64,000 nucleotides of DNA from Camelus ferus. Its lineage: Eukaryota. The stretch covers positions 1,738,001 through 1,802,000 of the forward strand of contig NC_045697.1 of NCBI RefSeq assembly GCF_009834535.1, written 5' to 3'. Shown here piece after piece: positions 1-13,500 of the stretch; position 1 is the stretch's first letter; every line of letters begins with the position of its first letter. The notes below the pieces were generated by a model, which was not told where the DNA came from, did not search any database, and saw only the letters and a program-made list of their open reading frames with translations. The translations under genes were made by a program, and so were the position numbers.

Positions 1-1434
1 AGGGCGTGCCTGGGCTGGCTTCTTGGTTCCGGGCACGTGGTGGTTCATCCACAGTGAGGGGTGGGCAGGCGCCCTGTGGACGCAGGTGCTGTAGTTGGCG
101 GACGTGAGAGGGAACCTGTGAGAGTTCTTCAGAGTGGCTCTGCTCTCGGGGATAGCACCTGGAGTCACTGCTGAGGACGGGCGCCGGGAGCAGCGTCGGA
201 GGCTTGAGGAGAGAGAAGGCATGAAGGGGAGGTGAGGGAATGGGCCAGAGAAGTCGAGAGCGGTCCTGGGTTCGTGTGAAGGGTACACTCAGGGCAGTGT
301 CCCTGAACTTAACGTGAGGCAGCGCAGGAGTCTCTGCCTTTTCCCTCCAGCCACTTCCAGAGGCATGAGTAGAAAGGGCGAGGAGTTAGCTTTACCCAGG
401 ACTGGGATTTTGCCGGATGAAATGGTAGAGCTGAAGTTGTGAGCCAGGGAGCGGTTACAGTGTTAAACCAAGGGCCTAAGCTGAGTGAGGGGTCAGGACA
501 CAGGGAAGGTGAGGGATGATGATAGGGTCTTAGGGTCACGATGGGCTGAAGAAGGGTGCACTGGACACTAGGAAGAGGTGTCTGCAGAGCACAACCTTGG
601 CTCTGAGATTGAAGAGGGACACAGTTACTGGGAATGAGCAGGTCCCTGGGGCACGACCATGGAAACAGGAGGCCGAGGTGAGTTGGAAGACGGTCATTGG
701 AGGCGAGGCGATCAGGAAGCTGAGAGGTGAGGGAATGGATGTTGGCCCACCCGGGATTAGGACCAGGCAAGTGCATGAGGTCATTGGCCAGTGACTGCTG
801 GTTGGGGCCAGAGTCTGGGACCCAGGTGGACAGCCCCGGGCCTCACTGGCATTGCTGAGCTCAGCTCTGGACTGCGTGTGTGGGTCATCGGGGTTGCCGT
901 TGGTACAGAGGCCCCTTGTAGTGTTGTTTTTCTCCTTCTTGTGTTTCCCTCACGAAGTTTTAAGTTCATTAATGGCAAGGCCATTTTTTTCCATCTATAT
1001 GTTCTCAGTGCGTAGAACAGTGTCATTTAATTTTTCTTAGCCTTTCGTGCTGTATGTGCACAGCATTCCATTGTAAGGTGAGTCAGTATATTTAATCAGT
1101 CCTCTGCTGTTTAAAGTGTAGACTGTTACCTGTTTTCCCTTTTACTAGTGATGCTGGAATGAGCATCTAATGAATAAGTCTTTGGGCACATCTCTGATTA
1201 GTTCTTTAGAAAAGATTCCTGGGAATAGAAGGCCTGTTCAAATTCTTAAGTGTCTATATTGTTAAATTACTTTACAGAAAGGATGTGCCAGTTATGCGCC
1301 AAGTAGCGATGTATGAGAGTATTCACTTGCCACTGGATGAAAACAGACTAAACAGTGGTCTCTGTGATAGTTACCCCTGCCTTCCCGAGGAACAAAGAAG
1401 CAGCGTCTCATTGTTTTAATTTGCTTTTTGTTAG

Positions 1435-1597
1435 GCTTTCTGTGAAGAGCTGGAGTCAATGATACAGGAACAATTTAAGAAGGGGAAGAATCCCACAGGC
1501 CTGTTGGCATTACAGCAGATTGCAGACTTCATGACCGCGAATGTCCCAAACGTCTACCCGGCAGCTCCACAGGGAGGGATGGCTGCCTTAAACATGA
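1435..1597 (+). CDS. ADD1: ADD1 exon 3
   Basis: ttag|[54 protein letters not shown]|gtgagt. Confidence 0.96.
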
Positions 1598-4500
1598 GTG
1601 AGTAGCTCCTGGCTCTGTGCGCTGACTGACTGACATCAGGTGTTGCTTCCTATCTCTCTGGCTTACCTGTTCCATGGATTTCTAGAACATCTTGGCTGAC
1701 GCTCACCAGTGTACTGTCTAGGGGACACTGAGACTCACATTTAACTTACGAGCTCAGACTTCCGTCTTGGAGTGGAATGGTAGTCAGTAGGTTTTCGTCT
1801 TTTTCACATGGATTCTAGTAATACATGAATTAGACAATAAAGAACAATGTAGTGTATTTACTTGCATGTTGTCTTCCAATCAGAGATAAAGAGAATTTCA
1901 TTTCAATAGTGCCACACCAAAAAAGGAAAAGAAGGAAGAAAGAAATCTGACTGGTTTTAATTGTGTCCAGTAGTTTGTTTCTTAAATATAAAATTTTTAA
2001 TACAAATTTTAACCTTTGTTATAAAATAGAACATATGCAGATGGCATTGAACAAGTGATGTATAACTTAGGAATGATTTTAAGGTGAACACCTTTATAAC
2101 CGTCACCAGGCTAAGAGGGAAGGAGTTACAGTCACTTGCCCCTTGCCCGACCCCTCTCTCAGAGGAACCATCGTCTTGACTGGTGTGGTGTTGTGCCTTG
2201 CTTTTCTTTGTGGTTTTATCACCCAAATGGTCATCCCTAAATATTATGCTTCAGTGTTTGTCTATTTTTACTTAATGTCTCTTAAGCATTTTTAAGGTTA
2301 CAAGTTGCCCCTCCATTTCTTTTTCTCCTCACTCTTTAAAGAAAATGGATTTGTTGACCTACAGTTTTCTAGTCTGGGTTTTGCTGGTTCCCTGTCCGTG
2401 GTGCTGACGAGGTCTTTTGTCTTTTGTGTTCGCAGTAGTTGGTAGTTGGCTCTAGAAGCTTGGCTGTGTTTGGGTTCAGGTTTTGGCAGGCCCTGCTTTG
2501 CAGGCAGCATTGCGCTCGTAGTTCTCACATAGGTGCGTCCCTTGTGTTGTAGCAGCCGTTGCTGCTCAGTGCCCAGGCCTCTCAATTCACTAAAGGTCCC
2601 AGGATGGTGCTATTTCAGTTGTTTCCCTTTGTTCTGTATTTATTAATTAGAATATTTCTGTAAAGAGAAGCTTCCTTGGGAAATGGGACGTGGCCAGAAA
2701 GGGGGCCGCCTCCTTCCCTGTCACTCAACACGTGCTTGCTGTGAACCTGGTGCTAAACCATCTGCAGGTGACCTGCTTCTTGGTCAGAGCTGCACATGTA
2801 GCAGAGCGGCTGCCTCGCTGTGGTCTGCTGAGAAGCCCTCAACCCACACATGAAAGGAAACTTCCTGTCAGCCAAGTCTTGGTTACCTGGTGGTGTGGTC
2901 TGTATGCAAAAGGTAGTTCTTTGTAACATGAGAAGTTGGTTTCCTGTCATCCTTCTAAAGTGACCAGTTACTGTAATTTTTTAGTATCATTTTGAACTCA
3001 TCGATTTAAATGTATTTAATTGTGTCAGAACTTTGCAGTTACCCTTTTTGGTGCTGCTCACGCTGTCCCATCTTTGACTGATGGGCGTCTGTCCGGGTTG
3101 ACTCCTGAGCCCAGTAGTCTTTGGTAGTGTTCAGGCCATCTCCTGTGAGGATCTGGAATCAGCCATTTCTCTAAGAAACCTTCGTTTCTTTTTGTGAGAA
3201 ATGAAATTTTAGTCTGGGTGCTAGGAGTGCTCATTGCTACTGACTAGTTAGTCTTTCTATCTAGGCCTTTTTGTTGGATAGAACTAAAAAATGCATCTTA
3301 CCTTATGATTTGTATACTGTATTGATATACTAGGATTATAATTTAAATTAACATTCAGTTCTAAGAGGTTTTTACTTTGACCTCTTCCATCCAACATTTA
3401 TGTCTTCCTTTCTTCTACAACAAGTATTCTTGTTCTCCAGGACACCAAGAATAACAAGATTAGAATAGTACGTAATTACTCACTGCTTTTTCCCACATAG
3501 CACGCATCATACCAACACCATACCAATAATATGTTCTTTCTTCATGTTTTAAAATAATTATATCCTGTGTTGTCAGAGCATATAACCATTACATATTATG
3601 GCCTTCCCTTATAACGTTCATGTAGTGTTATAATTACTAACTTAACTCTGTAAAAAATCTGTATTTAATGCTCACCACCAGGCCTTGTACCATTGACCCC
3701 TAGTCAGTTTGGTTGTCTGAAGCTCCTTTTATAGTGGATTTCTCAGAAAACACTTGTGGAAGTGACTCTGAGCTCCTGCACTGTGGCCTTTATATGTCGG
3801 TGTGAATTTGGTTTACTAAGTTTGAGCATAAAGTCGTCAGCTCACATTTTCTTATTTTGTGTGTCTTAAATACAGGGTTCATTTTCTTCTGGCCCAAAGC
3901 TTTGCTATTAGAATTTGAAGACAGTCTTTCCATTTAAGTTACTTAATCTCTTTTCCTGGATGCTCACACTGTTTTTCTTTTTCTTTAAAGCCAGCAGTTT
4001 TACTGGAATATGTCTTAGTGTCGGTCCTTCTGGGTTGATTTTCTCCGATGACAGGCCCTTCCAAATCTTACTTATTTTAGCAGTGTTTTCTTGAATTGGC
4101 TTTTAATATGTATTCGGTTCCCTTGCTTCTGTTTCCTTCTTCAGGGATTCCTGTTATATGCATGTTGGATTTTCTTTGCCTTCTTTAACTGCACTTTTTC
4201 CCAAATCCATTTTATCATTTTCTTCATTTCTTTGTGATTTAAAAAGTTTTTCGTTTCCCTTTCTTCTACTTTGAATTTAGTATTTTTACAATTATTTTTT
4301 CATTTGTATCTGATTTCCTTAACATTCCAGCCCACGCTTCTGAATTTTTCTAATTATATTAACTTTTTTCAGATCTTTTATTATTAGTACCTTCAACTTT
4401 ATTGAAATACTAGGTTATAGTTTTCATTTGTTTTGTGGACATGTCTTTCTTGTGTGCTTCCATTACCTGTAGGAATGTGATTCTGCCCTTTTTTCTTTAA

Positions 4501-7500
4501 GTAATTTTTGTGTGGTACTTGATCTTGATGTTTTTCTGTTCAGTTTTACCGGAAGTTAGTTTTCCTGGAGTAGTCTGGTCCGGAGTCCTGGCTCTAGAGC
4601 TCCCTCTTCTGTCGTTTTTGTGTAGTGCTAAAAATATGGCAGCTTGTTTTATGAGATCAGGTTCTGTCCACCTCCCTGGCTTTTATCTGGACCTTTCCTC
4701 TCCTTCCCACTCCACCCCACCCTTCCCCTCCCCTCCCCTTCCCCCCAGAGTCCTGTGCTATGCAGTTTAGGTTCTAATTTACACAGATTTCTTAGTGTGA
4801 GCCTTTGTGCTGAAAGACTGTTTCGGGTGGTTAGTTTAGAGAACTTTTAAGGGTTAAAATGTTGCAGAACGCCTCTTGGTATCGGCTGCTATTCTCAGTT
4901 TGGTCCTCTGAGTTCTTGTTGGTTCTTTCGGGAGTCTCAGGTTTGGCAGATGGTCCACGGTTTCCTTCTTCCTCCTGCACGGATGCTGAAACCACTCGCT
5001 CTGTGTCAGCCCCCCTGCTTATGTGTTCAGCTTCATGGGCCCACCTTGTTACCTAGTTCTGTTGCAGATGCATCCCTGGGTTTTCAGCTTTGCTACCCTG
5101 ATTGCTCTAGTTATTTTCTGCAGGGTTGGGATAGAGATTATTTAAGGAGATTCAAAAACTGTACTTCCACTGCCACCATCCTCTGAAAAATCTTCTAAAA
5201 AGCAATTTAAACAATTAAAGAGATGGGGGAGGAGCCAAGATGGAGAAGTAAAGAGTGTCACAGCTCACCCTGTCCCACAAATACACCAAGAATTACATCC
5301 ACAAACCCACTGCGTTGCACAGAACTCCTTCTGAGCTCTGGCAGAGTGTCTCTTGTTTCGAAATACAGGAGGATTCTCACAAAATCCGGTAAACAACAAG
5401 TTTCTACTGTGTAGCACAGGAAACCATACTCAACGTCTTGTAGTAACTTATGGTGAAAGAGAATATGAAAAACAAATTCATGTATGTTCATGTATGACTG
5501 AAGCACTGTGCCGCACACCAGAAATTGACACATTGTAAACTGACTATACTTCAATAAAAATGTATTTAAAAAAAGAAAGAAAAAATTAAAGAGCTGAAGT
5601 AGAGGATTTATATGCTGAATCAAGATTATACGTATGTGGTTCTTTGTATTTTCTCTGTACTTTTCTGTATGCGTGAGACAGTTCAGAGTTAAAAGAATCA
5701 AATCTAGCAATATATAACAAGGGTAATTGTGTCGTGACCAGATAGGGTCATGCAGTCAAATACTTTGTTTCTTCCTCTCCAGTATACACATTTCTGTTTG
5801 TTTTCCTCCCTCTTGCCTCCTAGCGCTGGTCAGAATCCCTAGTACAACATCCAGTGCAAGTGCGAGGGTGTCCATCCCCGCATTGTTCCTGCTCTTGGCC
5901 GTAAAACGTCTGTCTTTCATCATTGTGTTTGGTGGTAGTGGTAGGCTTTTTGTAGATGTCCCTTATCAAGTTGAGGTTATTCCCTTCTGTTCCTAATTTA
6001 CTGAGAGCTTTTATCCTGAACGGATGTTGAGTTTTATGAAATGCTTTTTCTGCATGTTAAGATGATCCCATGGTTTTTCTTCTTTAGTTTGACATGATTA
6101 TAGTGATTGGTTTTTGAATTCTGAACCAACCTTGCATTTCTGAGGTTAAGCCCCTAAGTCATGAGGTGTTACTCTTTTTATATTTTGCTGGATTGTTTGC
6201 TAAAACTTTGTTAAGTTTTTGTAGTGTGTGTTCATGGAGGATGTTGGTCTTTTTTTTTTTTTTGTACTGTTGTGTAGTGTAATGTCTGTGTGTGGTTTTG
6301 GTATCGGTAACGCTGGGCAGGTAGATGAGTTGGAAATTGTTCTGGAAGAACTTGTGTAGAGTTGGCACTACGTCTTCCTTGAATATGTGACAGAGTTTAC
6401 ACTGAAGTCATCTGGGCCTGGGTTTTTTATGGGAATATTTTTAGCAGCAGATTCAGCGTAGTGGCAATGGGGCTGGTTAGGGTGTCTGTTTCTTCTGGAG
6501 TGAGCTCTGGTTACTGATGTCTTTCAAGGACGTTGTCTGTTTCATCTAAGTTCAGGGGTCGCTGGCATGGATGTTCTTGCTACTCCGTTATTACCCTTTT
6601 AGTGTCTGTGGGGTGGCAGCGCTGTCCCTCTCTGCTTCTCCATGTTGGCCATTTCTTTCTTTGGTGCGTTTTTATGATGAGTCTGGCGAGAGGTATATTC
6701 TATTTCATTTTGTTTTGTTTTTCATTCCATTATTTTATTTTGATGTTAATATTTTCAAGATTAAACCAGATTTTCTGTATTTTTCTGTTTGATTGCTGTT
6801 TTTATCTGTATAGTTTCTTTTTTCTTACTTTGGAACTTTGCTAAGCCTCTTCTAGTTTCAATAAGGTAGAAACCTAGATCATTTTTTAAAACCCTTCCTT
6901 CTAATACGTATTTAATACTATAAATTCCCTTCTAGGTGTTGCTTTGAGCCACAGCTCACACATTTGCTGCCTTTTTGGTATTGATTTCTCACTTAATTAT
7001 GTTAACGTGCGGGAACATGGTCTTTATGAAATAGTCTTTGATGTTTTGGAGAGTTACCTTATGACCTTTTATGGGATGATTAATATCTCAACCGTTACTT
7101 GATTTACATTTGATAAGGAATATTAAATCTTTGAGCCTTGTTTTTCTTTATTTCAGGTCTCGGTATGGTGACTCCTGTGAATGACCTTAGAGGATCAGAT
7201 TCTATTGCCTATGACAAAGGGGAGAAGTTATTGCGGTGTAAACTGGCGGCCCTTTACCGACTAGCGGATCTCTTTGGATGGTCGCAGCTTATCTACAATC
7301 ACATCACAGTGAGTACTGAGGGAGCAGTAACTGAACGGTAAATGGGGCACCGTGTGTCTGGCACCACCGCCTCTTTCTGCTCAGGAGAAGAGGGAGTTTG
7401 GCTGAGCGGAAGCAGATCTTGGAACACCTTCCTTTTCACTCCTGACTGCAGAATGCAGTAATCTGAAAATTAGCCTGTTTGAATTAAAAATTGAGAGCGG

Positions 7501-10500
7501 TAGTTCTTTAAAAACTTCCTTTCTTACATGCTAACCTAATAAATGTGCTTACTAAATTATAGACAGTTCCTAAAATTCTCTTTATGCCTGAAAAGCCATG
7601 AGTGAAAATGTTTTCTTTCTTACTCTGACCAAAGTCTGTGTCTTACACTTACTTTTTTCCTTCAGCTAATCCAGTTTTCACTACTTTTCAGCATTATCAG
7701 GGCCTCTGTTTTCTTTGGCTCGTCCCTGCAATGAGCTTTAAATACTGACTGCTCTGTACCCAGCGTGGTGCTGACTCTGGGGTTATTTCACTGAAGGGGA
7801 CGGGCCTTGCCTTGGTGGATCTTCCCTTCCGCGTCTCGGCCCACCAGCCCGCCTCCTCTCCCTGCGTTGCCCCGCTTGGGTTTCGTGGCCCGTCGTTTCA
7901 GTAGCCCTCTGCCAGTAAGGCATCGCTCCTCCCTGCACCTGAGCAGCCACATCCCGCTGCGGAGGGCTTCACAGCAGAGCCCGCTGGCTCTCTCCGCAGA
8001 GGCACAGCCTGTCTCAGGTGGATCCCCAGGACAGCCTGGCCACTGTTGGACGCCTCTTACATGCTCACTGACGCTTCCCTGCTGCCTCTACTTTCTTGGA
8101 AACTGCTGACCCCCTCCTCCCAGCAGATGACCGTGTCATGTCACAGAGAGAAGGGGGCTCTTTACTGATGTCTGTACCCATTTTATACTCCCGCCACCTC
8201 TTAGGTTGTCCTGCCTCCTGCCTACAGGCCAGAGTTTGTTTCCTGGCTTGGGATTCCTTCCCCTCCCGCCTTTTTAGATTCCTAATGCGTTGTCATCTTT
8301 CTAGCTTTCGCCTCCCCTCCCCTCCTGTCCCCTCTCCTTTCTTGTGGAGGTGGCCTCTTTCTTTGAACTGCTTCCTTCCTTGGACTTTAAAACTCGATAC
8401 AATCTCTATTTTTTAATTTAATTAATTTTATTGGTTATTTAAAAATATTAATATTGTGCCTGCTGATTGTAGCAAGCGCACCTTGCACAGGTGTCTGAAG
8501 AAGCCATGACCCTGCCGGTACTCTTAGTCCCCTTGAGATAAGCAGCATTAACAGCTGTTGAGATTGTTTTACTTTTTCTCCGTACTCAACACACACGTGG
8601 GAGGTGCTTTTCACACGTGGGCTCATGACCAGCGATGCCTAGTTCAGCTCTGTTCTGGACTCCAAGGAAGGCTGACCCTCTGAGGTGGTGGTCTGGAGCC
8701 CAGCTTTGTGGCCAGTGCCCTGTCTTCTGCCGTGACGGGGATCTCTGCCAGAGACACCGTGTCATCCTCCCCTGTGTGTGCTCTGCGCTGCCGCTGAGGC
8801 TAACCTTTCAAAATGCAGACCCGAGCCTGTCGTGTCCTCACTGTCCTGCTGTAGAATGCTGCCCCCACCCCAGCACACCTGCTTTATTCCCCCCCAGAGT
8901 CACCCTCAGCCACACTGTACACTACCTGTCTCCCGTCTCCATGTCGTCCACAGCAGCTCCAGGAAGGGAGCCTCTGTGTGTATCCCCAGGACCAGTTACT
9001 GCTCTGGACACAGAGTAGGCACACGGTGAACTCTTGGATGGAATGATGGAGCGAAATCTCCAGTTGAACTGATATTCTGCTCCAGTAAAGTTATCATACA
9101 GGGTCTCTATGGTGACTTTTGGTATTTGGTCAGTGGGTCCAGTTAGCCGACCACCAGTGCTGGCTCTCTTCCTCGTGGCTTCTTGAAAGTCACTGGCCCC
9201 TGTGGCTAAGTTTACTTGACAGCATGCTCCATGGAGAGATACAGTGTGAGTGGTTGCCTAAAAATTAGTTCCTTGAAAATGTTACAGCTGTGATTGGAAG
9301 TGTAACCCTTGGCTTTAATGACAGTCTCACATTCTTTGGAACTCTTAAAGTGTTGTTCGCTACTAGTCCTGTTATGAGTGCTATCTAAGTAAGTTTGAAT
9401 TGGTTAAATTGGTAATTTTTTCCCCTTTAATTATTTAGGACTTGGCAGAATTAAAACGTTAATTCAGGTTTACTTTTCTGTAAGTGATCTGTTTGGGACT
9501 TAACGCTGAGTAAAAAAGAAATTCAAGTTGTTAAAAATATTTCTTATATCTGTAAACTAGAGAATCTTAGGGGAAGAAAAAAGTTTTAAACTATTTATGC
9601 ATCCCTTTTTTTTTTTTTTTTTTTGGTTTCACAATCTAGATGTTATCATGCAGACTTAATGGAAAAGAAATATTAACAATATTTGTCAGTGCAACCAAAT
9701 AGTGCTAACAGGTCATTGTGCCCGGTTTTGAAAGAGGGCAGTAGGCATTTTTTCTGCTAAAGGGATTTTAGAGTGTTAGCAGTGCTGGAGGATTGGAGAG
9801 GATTGTCTGAGTTACATCACTGTCTTAAGAGTGCACTGGGTTTAGAGACGCTTTGGGCGACGTCCCGTTAGCATGCAAGCAGGGCTTCCTCTCTTCGGGG
9901 CACTTAGCTAATGGCAAGGCCTTTCCATCCCTCAGGGCCTCTTGGTGTCAGTGGAATGTTGGATTCAGCTCCGTTCTGGACTCCAAGGGACGCTAACGTC
10001 TGAGGTGGTGGTCTGGAGCCCGCCTTTGTGACCAGTGTCCTGCGCTTTTGGGGACATGGGATAGGGATCTTTGCCAGAGACACCCAGTTGGGTGTAACTG
10101 GCGTTCAGAGTGACCTTAAGATCTGTGACGTTAGAGTTTCTTCCTTGTACACAGAGCAGGGGCATTAGACATGGGAAGACACACAGTGCGACCAGTGCTG
10201 GTCCAGCGGGGACGTGTCCTCCTCTCTTTCCATTTTACAGTGGTATTTTGCACTTTGTTCTTTTTGCTTCAGATTCAGAAAGTTGTACATTTTATGCTTT
10301 TTCCATTAAAATATGCGGATCTGTTAAGTTCACTCTTGGAAATATATGTTAAGGAAGTAAGTCAAAGAAAGAAACATGATATATAAATATATTGTAGCAT
10401 TATCTATCATAATGAAAAAACTTGAGAGTCTTAATATCGCATTCACATCCTGCATTTCTGGTGCTCCCGTGGAGACGCCCAGCTGGGGTGTGCGCCCTGA

Positions 10501-13500
10501 GGATGGCACCGGGGTGGTCCCTGCCGACATCTCAGCCCCACATGAGGACGATCCTAGCAGCAAGAAAGTTTTCTTTGTTTCAATAAAGAACAAAAGAATA
10601 CTGTAGACGGACTTTCTAGCCTGAGGAAGGTAGGAGAGTGTGTAGGCAGCAGCAGAGCAGCAGCACGTTCTTGCCTGTGGATTGAACAGGAGTGCTTTCT
10701 GAAAGCAAAAGCAAGTCGGATGAGCTGAAAGAAGAATACTGAGAAATAGAAAACTCAGAGAAGACCAAAATCAAGAAGAAAACAAATCAAGAATATTGAT
10801 TTCACAAAGCATGTGTGGCACTGGTTGTGCTGTAAGCTTTCCTGTGAGCATTTCAGCAAAAATTTGAGAAGATTTACTGTGCAGTCTTACACAGTGAGGC
10901 CCCAGTAGCAGTGAACAGCAGTTATAGTCTAACGTTAGCTGCCAGTGTCTGTTTTCTGGTCCCGCCCTTCCCTGAAGAGGGGTGTTGGCTGCCCAGCCTG
11001 TGGAAGGTTTAAAAGGCAGTACGTCCCTATGAAAACGAAAAGTTGTTGGTGGAGTAAAATCTGAAGCTGAAGAGGAAGAAGAAATGAAATGCTGCTCAGC
11101 TCATTAGTCACCAGGAAGTTATAAGTTAAAGCCACAGTGGATACCATTTCACAGACACCAGATTTTAATTTTAGAAAAGATGGTTGTGGAGGCACAGAAC
11201 CGTCATAGGCTACCAGCAGGAGTGTGCATTTAATTAGTCTCTTTGGAGAATAACTTGGCTTCACCGCCTAGTTTCTTGCCCTAAGGAGCTTGCATATGTG
11301 CACTAGGAGACAGGTGCAAAATGTCCATAGCATTGCTTTAAAAAAAAACACTGAAAAATACATGCAGTATGATTCTAATTACATGATGTTTATAAACAGA
11401 TAAAAGTTAAGCACTATGTTACTTAGGGATGAATATATGTAAGATAAAACTGTAAAGAAAAGAAAGAAAATGCTTAACACAGGATAGTGGTTACGTCTGG
11501 GTTATTGCGAGGGAAGAAACAGCTCCAGAAGAATGAGATTTATTTTGTTTCTAAATCTGGTTGAAAGGTAAAAGGGTGTTTGATTTATTATTATACTTAA
11601 ATTGTGCATATACCTTCTAAATACTTTCTACATGTATGTTTCAAAATAAAAACTAAAAACAAGGAAAAGTACTTGGCATTTAATTTTCAGCTATTTTCAA
11701 CCTTATTTTTCTTCATCCTAGTCAGTAAATACACAGAGTAATTCTTTGTTTAAGTTTTGTTTTGACCCAGTTTGTGAATTGGGGAATTTTGCATAGTTTT
11801 AATTTATATAATTAAAAAGATCAGCTTACTTTTTAAATAAAAGAACTGGCTTTAGAAATAAAAAACCTGGCTAACTTACAATTAACGGGGAGATGTTTGG
11901 GGGAAAGGTCGAAACACGTATACTTTTGGAACAACTTGGGACGAGCAGAGACCTGGACAGTGGGGACTTTCAGACAATGGGCATCACAGAAGTCGCCTTC
12001 CCGCAGCCACCAACGGTAGTAACAGTCGGGAAACGACATTTGTTGAGAACTTCATTGTGAACGTAAGCCCCTTTCATCCCCACTTTGTGGGTAAGGAGAC
12101 CAGGAGCCTAGGGTCCCCAGAGCAGCACAGTCAGTTCTGGCAGAGCCAGGATTTTAACTCAGGTCTTCCGAGACTGTGGATCGAGTTACAGTGTGCTTCT
12201 GCGTGGAGATGGCTTGGAGGAGACAGAACAGGGTCAGGTGTCTAAGAACTAAACTGGGGAGGGGGTGGTATAGAGCCTGTTCTGTGCTGTACACTAGAGA
12301 CAGATTTCTGCTTGTGTGAGAGAGCTTTTTTTTCCCTGCAAAAAATAAAATTTAAAATTTTAGAAAGGTAAAGACTTTAATTACATGCCTTTACAAGATA
12401 ACCGTTCACAAACACAACTCAGCTGTTGGATTTCACACCTAATGAGGTAAAGCAAATACCCAAACTCGCAGGAGAAACGAGAAGCAGTGCAGTGACCGCT
12501 CGCAGCAATGACCAGACCACCCGGACAGAGCCAGTAGGAAACCAGCAGACCTGAACTCCACCAAAACCTTGGGATCCCATCAGCGATTCAGGGGAGTTGC
12601 ACACACCAAGTCAACGTGCAGAATCTGTGGTATTTGCATTAGTTGCATTTCCAAACAACTGAAAAAGGAAGAAAACAGTCCCTTTATGATAGCATAAAAA
12701 CAATAAACAAAGTAGGAATAAATTTAACCAAGGACGCGAAAGATGTCTACACTGGAAACTGTAAGACGTTAATAAAAAACTGAAGGCAGAAATAAAGGGA
12801 ATCTATGCTTGTGTCTCACACCACTCACATCAATTAATTCAAGAGAGATTAAAGGCCTAATGTAAGACCTCAAACAGTAAACCTCCTGGAAGGAAATATA
12901 GAGAAAGCTTTTCTGGACATTGATCTTGGAAGTGTTTTTGTTTCGTTTTGTGTGTGTGTGGGACTGTGTGTGACGCCTAGAGCGCAGACGGCAAGATCAG
13001 ACGTAAACGGGAGGGACTCCGTCAGACTGAGTGGCTTCCGCTTCTAGCGGAGGAGAAGCAGCTGGCAAAATGAAAGGGATCACATGTCAGATAAGGGGTT
13101 AATGCTGAGATTGTATTTTTTAAAAACATACATTTCAATGGCAGTTAATCAAATTATAATACGGGTAAGGAACTGAATGGATATTTATTCAAAGGTTTAC
13201 AAATGACCGATAGGCACATGACAGGGAAATCAATGTTACAAATCATTGGGTAATTACAAATCAGAACCACAAGGAGATACCATCTCACACCTGAGAGAAC
13301 GGCTTTTAACAAAAAGGTAAGAACTAGCAAATGCTCGCCAGGAAAGGAGACTGCACTGTTGGTGGCAGTGTAAGTCGGTGCAGCCACTATGACAAACAGG
13401 ATGGAGGTTCCTCAAAAAATTAAAAACAGAACTACCATATGAACCAGCAGTCTTGCTTCTGGGCATGTGTCTGAACAAAACAAAGCCACTATCCTGAATA

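Noticed and set aside
10376..10606. Short ORF ending near AATAAA in ADD1 intron 4, as an alternative last exon or retrocopy
   Set aside because: No convincing acceptor, A-tail, target-site duplication or recognisable protein.
12256..12275. ggggagggggtggtatagagc as the start of a tRNA-derived SINE
   Set aside because: The similarity stops after about 20 nt, with no B box or SINE body.
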